Positions 28,990-32,000 of a DNA stretch of 32,000 bases are shown piece by piece. The notes under the pieces are model-generated. The model was not told the DNA's origin, ran no database searches, and saw only the letters and a program-made list of their open reading frames with translations. Within the stretch, counting starts at the first letter, position 1. The number at the start of each line of letters is the position of its first letter. Position numbers and translations under genes: made by a program. Source of the stretch: Methanococcus maripaludis (GTDB taxonomy: Archaea > AGJL01 > Methanococci > Methanococcales > Methanococcaceae); contig NZ_CP026606.1 of the NCBI RefSeq assembly GCF_002945325.1, forward strand, positions 960,001 to 992,000. Reading direction: 5' to 3'.

Positions 28990-31900
28990 ATGCTCCATGT
29001 TTCAGCTTCAAAAGGAATGACTGAATATTTTAAAAATATTTTAGACGATGTATCCAACCTTTATAATCTTGCAGAAGAGTGTAGGAAGAACGGGTACGAC
29101 GTAACGGATCATGTTGAAATCCCGCTTGCAAAAGATATGGCAGATAGGGTTGAAGGTATCGTTGGACCAAAAAATGTTGCAGAGCGTATTAGGGAACTAG
29201 TATCTGAATTTGGAAAAGAACCTGCAGCGCTTGAAATTGCAAAAGAGATAGTTGAAGGAAAATTTGGCGAGTTTGGGCGAGAAGTTGGAGCTGAACAGGC
29301 TGTAAGAACAGCTCTGGCGGTTATTACTGAAGGTATTGTTGCAGCACCTCTAGAAGGAATTGCGTATGTTAAAATTAAGAAAAACAGCGATAACAGTGAG
29401 TATCTTGCAATTTATTTTGCAGGGCCGATTAGAAGTGCAGGGGGAACTGCACAGGCACTTGCAGTACTTGTTGGGGATTATGTTAGAAAAAACATGGGAT
29501 TAGATAGATTTAAGCCAACAGAAGATGAAGTTGAACGTTACGGTGAAGAAGTTGATTTGTATCAATCTGAGGTTACTACATTTCAATACCAGCCAAAAGC
29601 TGAAGAGATACGGGTTGCAGTTAGAAATATCTCTGTAGAAATTACTGGGGAAGCCACTGACGATGTTGAAGTTAGTGGACACCGGGATTTACCAAGAGTG
29701 GAAACAAACCAGATTCGAGGGGGTGCTCTTTTAGCACTGGTTGAAGGTGTTCTTTTAAAAGCTCCTAAAATTTTAAGACACGTTGATAAATTAAATATCG
29801 AAGGATGGAACTGGTTGAAAGAATTAAAAAGCAAAAAAGAAGAAGTAATCGAAGAACTAGAAGAAGAAAACGATGAATATAACTACGAAGATGAAGAAGA
29901 CTTATCCCAGTATGAAGATTATGAAGTAGAAGCTGTAACTAAGTTTATTGGGGAGGTTATTGCAGGAAGGCCTGTATTTTCCCACCCTTCCAAAAAAGGC
30001 GGTTTCAGACTTAGGTATGGAAGAAGCAGAAATACTGGTTTTGCAACAGATGGTTTTCATCCTGCAATAATGTATTTAGTCGATGACTTCATGGCAGTGG
30101 GTACCCAACTTAAAACCGAAAGACCTGGAAAGGCAACCTGTGTAGTTCCTGTTGACAGTATCGAAGGTCCGATAGTTAAATTAAATGATGGAAGCGTACT
30201 TAAAATAGACACTGTTGAAAAAGCAAAACAATATACTGATGAAGTTCAAGAAATTCTATTTTTAGGCGATATTTTAGTTAATTACGGGGATTTCTTAGAA
30301 AACAACCATACGGTACTTCCAAGCAGTTGGTGTATTGAATGGTATGAAAAAATCTTAAAATCACAAAATTTGGAATACACGGAAGAATTTATTAAAAATC
30401 CAGGGCAAAAGGAAGCGGTAAATTATGCTAAAATTACAAAAACGCCATTGCATCCAAAATACACATATTTCTGGCACGATATTTCTAAAGAGAATATTTC
30501 TACCCTTCGAAGTTGGGTTATTGGTGGAAAATACAATCCAAGCAATGATTCATGGGAACTAAATTACGATCCTGAAGATGAGGAAATTTCAAATGCGAAA
30601 AGATATCTTGAACTTATTGGATGTCCACATACTGTAATGGAAGAAAAAGTAGAAATTTTTGAATATTATCCATTTTTATACTCTTTAGGTTATGATTTCG
30701 ATGAAAAAAGGGATATGATTGATAATATCGATGAAAAACTTCAAAATACAAAAAATAACATGCACTTTATAAATACAATCGCACCTTTTGAAATTCGAAG
30801 AAACGCCTATATTTACGTTGGCGCAAGAATGGGTAGGCCTGAAAAAGCAGCTGCTAGAAAGATGAAACCGCCAGTAAATGGACTTTTTCCTATTGGAAAT
30901 GCGGGAGCTCTTGTAAGACTTATTAATAAGGCCGTAGAAGAAGGAAAAACTGACGAAATCGAAATTGCAAATGTAAAATGTAGTTGTGGAAAGGTAAGTT
31001 TATACAGGACATGTCCGTTCTGTGGAAATTCTGTTGAACCAACAGGCCCTTCAAGAATAAAGCTTCCAATAAAGGATTACTGGTATAAAACTCTTGAAAA
31101 TTTAAAAATAAACAAGCCCGGCGACGTAAAATGTATTAAAGGTATGACCTCAAAGGATAAAATAATTGAACCTTTGGAAAAAGCAATATTACGGGCAAAA
31201 AATAACATATATGTATTTAAAGACGGAACTACCAGGTTTGACTGTACAGATGTTCCTGTAACGCATTTTAAACCTGTAGAAATACACGTACCTATTGAAA
31301 AATTAAAATCGTTAGGATATTTAAAAGATATTCATGGAACTCCACTTGAAAATGAAGATCAGGTATTAGAATTAAAAGTTCAGGATGTAATAGTTCCTGA
31401 ATCCTGTATGGATTACTTTTTAAATGTTTCAGGATTTATAGACGATCTTTTGGAAAAATACTACAAAAAAGATAGATTTTACAACGTGAATACAAGAGAA
31501 GACCTTGTAGGCCATTTAATAATCGGAATGGCGCCACACACTTCTGCAGGAATGGTTGGAAGGATTATTGGATACAGCAATGCAAACGTAGGCTATGCAC
31601 ATCCTTATTTCCACGCTTCAAAAAGGAGAAATTGTGATGGGGATGAAGATGCATTTTTCCTCCTTTTGGATGCATTTATGAACTTTTCAAAAAGGTTTTT
31701 GCCTGATAAAAGAGGTGGCCAGATGGATGCACCACTGGTTCTTACAACTATTTTGGACCCTAAGGAAGTAGATGGTGAGGTTCATAACATGGATTCGATG
31801 TGGGAATACCCGCTTGAATTTTATGAAAAATCTCTGGAAGGAATCGCTCCAAAAGAAATTAAGAAAATGATGGAAACTATTGAAGATCGACTTGATAAAG

Positions 31901-32000
31901 ACAGCCAGTACGAAGGAATTGGCTATACTCATGAAACATCAAAAATTGATGAAGGGCCACCAATTTGTGCGTATAAAACATTAGGTTCGATGATGGAAAA
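28990..32000 (+). CDS. polC: DNA polymerase D (PolII) large subunit DP2, 5' ~1,003 codons (3' end beyond the window)
   Basis: I translated this frame by hand from the ATG at 28990 (gtgat RBS) to 32000 and found no stop. It contains [18 protein letters not shown], the Zn motif CSCG...CPFCG and the catalytic [11 protein letters not shown] (about 31621-31653). It is absent from the ORF track because it has no stop in the window. Confidence 0.93.
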   Translation, partial: MLHVSASKGMTEYFKNILDDVSNLYNLAEECRKNGYDVTDHVEIPLAKDMADRVEGIVGPKNVAERIRELVSEFGKEPAALEIAKEIVEGKFGEFGREVGAEQAVRTALAVITEGIVAAPLEGIAYVKIKKNSDNSEYLAIYFAGPIRSAGGTAQALAVLVGDYVRKNMGLDRFKPTEDEVERYGEEVDLYQSEVTTFQYQPKAEEIRVAVRNISVEITGEATDDVEVSGHRDLPRVETNQIRGGALLALVEGVLLKAPKILRHVDKLNIEGWNWLKELKSKKEEVIEELEEENDEYNYEDEEDLSQYEDYEVEAVTKFIGEVIAGRPVFSHPSKKGGFRLRYGRSRNTGFATDGFHPAIMYLVDDFMAVGTQLKTERPGKATCVVPVDSIEGPIVKLNDGSVLKIDTVEKAKQYTDEVQEILFLGDILVNYGDFLENNHTVLPSSWCIEWYEKILKSQNLEYTEEFIKNPGQKEAVNYAKITKTPLHPKYTYFWHDISKENISTLRSWVIGGKYNPSNDSWELNYDPEDEEISNAKRYLELIGCPHTVMEEKVEIFEYYPFLYSLGYDFDEKRDMIDNIDEKLQNTKNNMHFINTIAPFEIRRNAYIYVGARMGRPEKAAARKMKPPVNGLFPIGNAGALVRLINKAVEEGKTDEIEIANVKCSCGKVSLYRTCPFCGNSVEPTGPSRIKLPIKDYWYKTLENLKINKPGDVKCIKGMTSKDKIIEPLEKAILRAKNNIYVFKDGTTRFDCTDVPVTHFKPVEIHVPIEKLKSLGYLKDIHGTPLENEDQVLELKVQDVIVPESCMDYFLNVSGFIDDLLEKYYKKDRFYNVNTREDLVGHLIIGMAPHTSAGMVGRIIGYSNANVGYAHPYFHASKRRNCDGDEDAFFLLLDAFMNFSKRFLPDKRGGQMDAPLVLTTILDPKEVDGEVHNMDSMWEYPLEFYEKSLEGIAPKEIKKMMETIEDRLDKDSQYEGIGYTHETSKIDEGPPICAYKTLGSMME

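Noticed and set aside
29500-31932. Tracked minus-strand ORFs 29500-29682, 29583-29834 and 31687-31932.
   Set aside because: They are antisense to the continuous PolD DP2 reading frame, which carries unmistakable catalytic motifs.

Overview
This is an AT-rich archaeal chromosomal window. The rRNA sequences, gene content and gene order look like Methanococcus (Methanococcales); that assignment is from memory of the group, not a database search.

Layout, left to right:
- 1-5.2 kb: a radical-SAM gene, a small conserved ORF, and an isoprenoid cluster (GGPP synthase, RNase J, type-2 IPP isomerase).
- 5.7-10.7 kb: a tightly packed plus-strand array of Gar1, TFB, a type IV pilus-like assembly ATPase and two platform proteins.
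- 10.7-15.1 kb: a tightly packed minus-strand array of an HD hydrolase, TFE, an ATP-grasp protein, GTP cyclohydrolase MptA and a divergent Orc1/Cdc6-like AAA+/winged-helix protein.
- 15.1-20.1 kb: two roughly 0.6 kb gene-free, extremely AT-rich gaps carrying ordered repeats. They are separated by a small wHTH plus Zn-finger gene and followed by a second, degenerate Orc1/Cdc6-like gene and MCM.
- 20.2-23.5 kb: a polytopic membrane protein, a CobB/CobQ-like amidotransferase with inverted domain order, and an MthK-type K+ channel.
- 23.5-28.8 kb: a complete rRNA operon (16S, tRNA-Ala, 23S, 5S) directly followed by an RNase P RNA.
- 28,990 to the window end: the first ~1,003 codons of the DNA polymerase D large subunit. 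This ORF is missing from the supplied ORF track because it has no stop codon inside the window.

I saw no CRISPR array, transposase, integrase or obvious foreign island.

The most interesting region is 13.9-20.1 kb. I interpret it as a candidate replication-origin and initiator island with non-canonical initiator proteins and non-canonical repeats. This is an inference. All RNA ends and motif coordinates were placed by eye.
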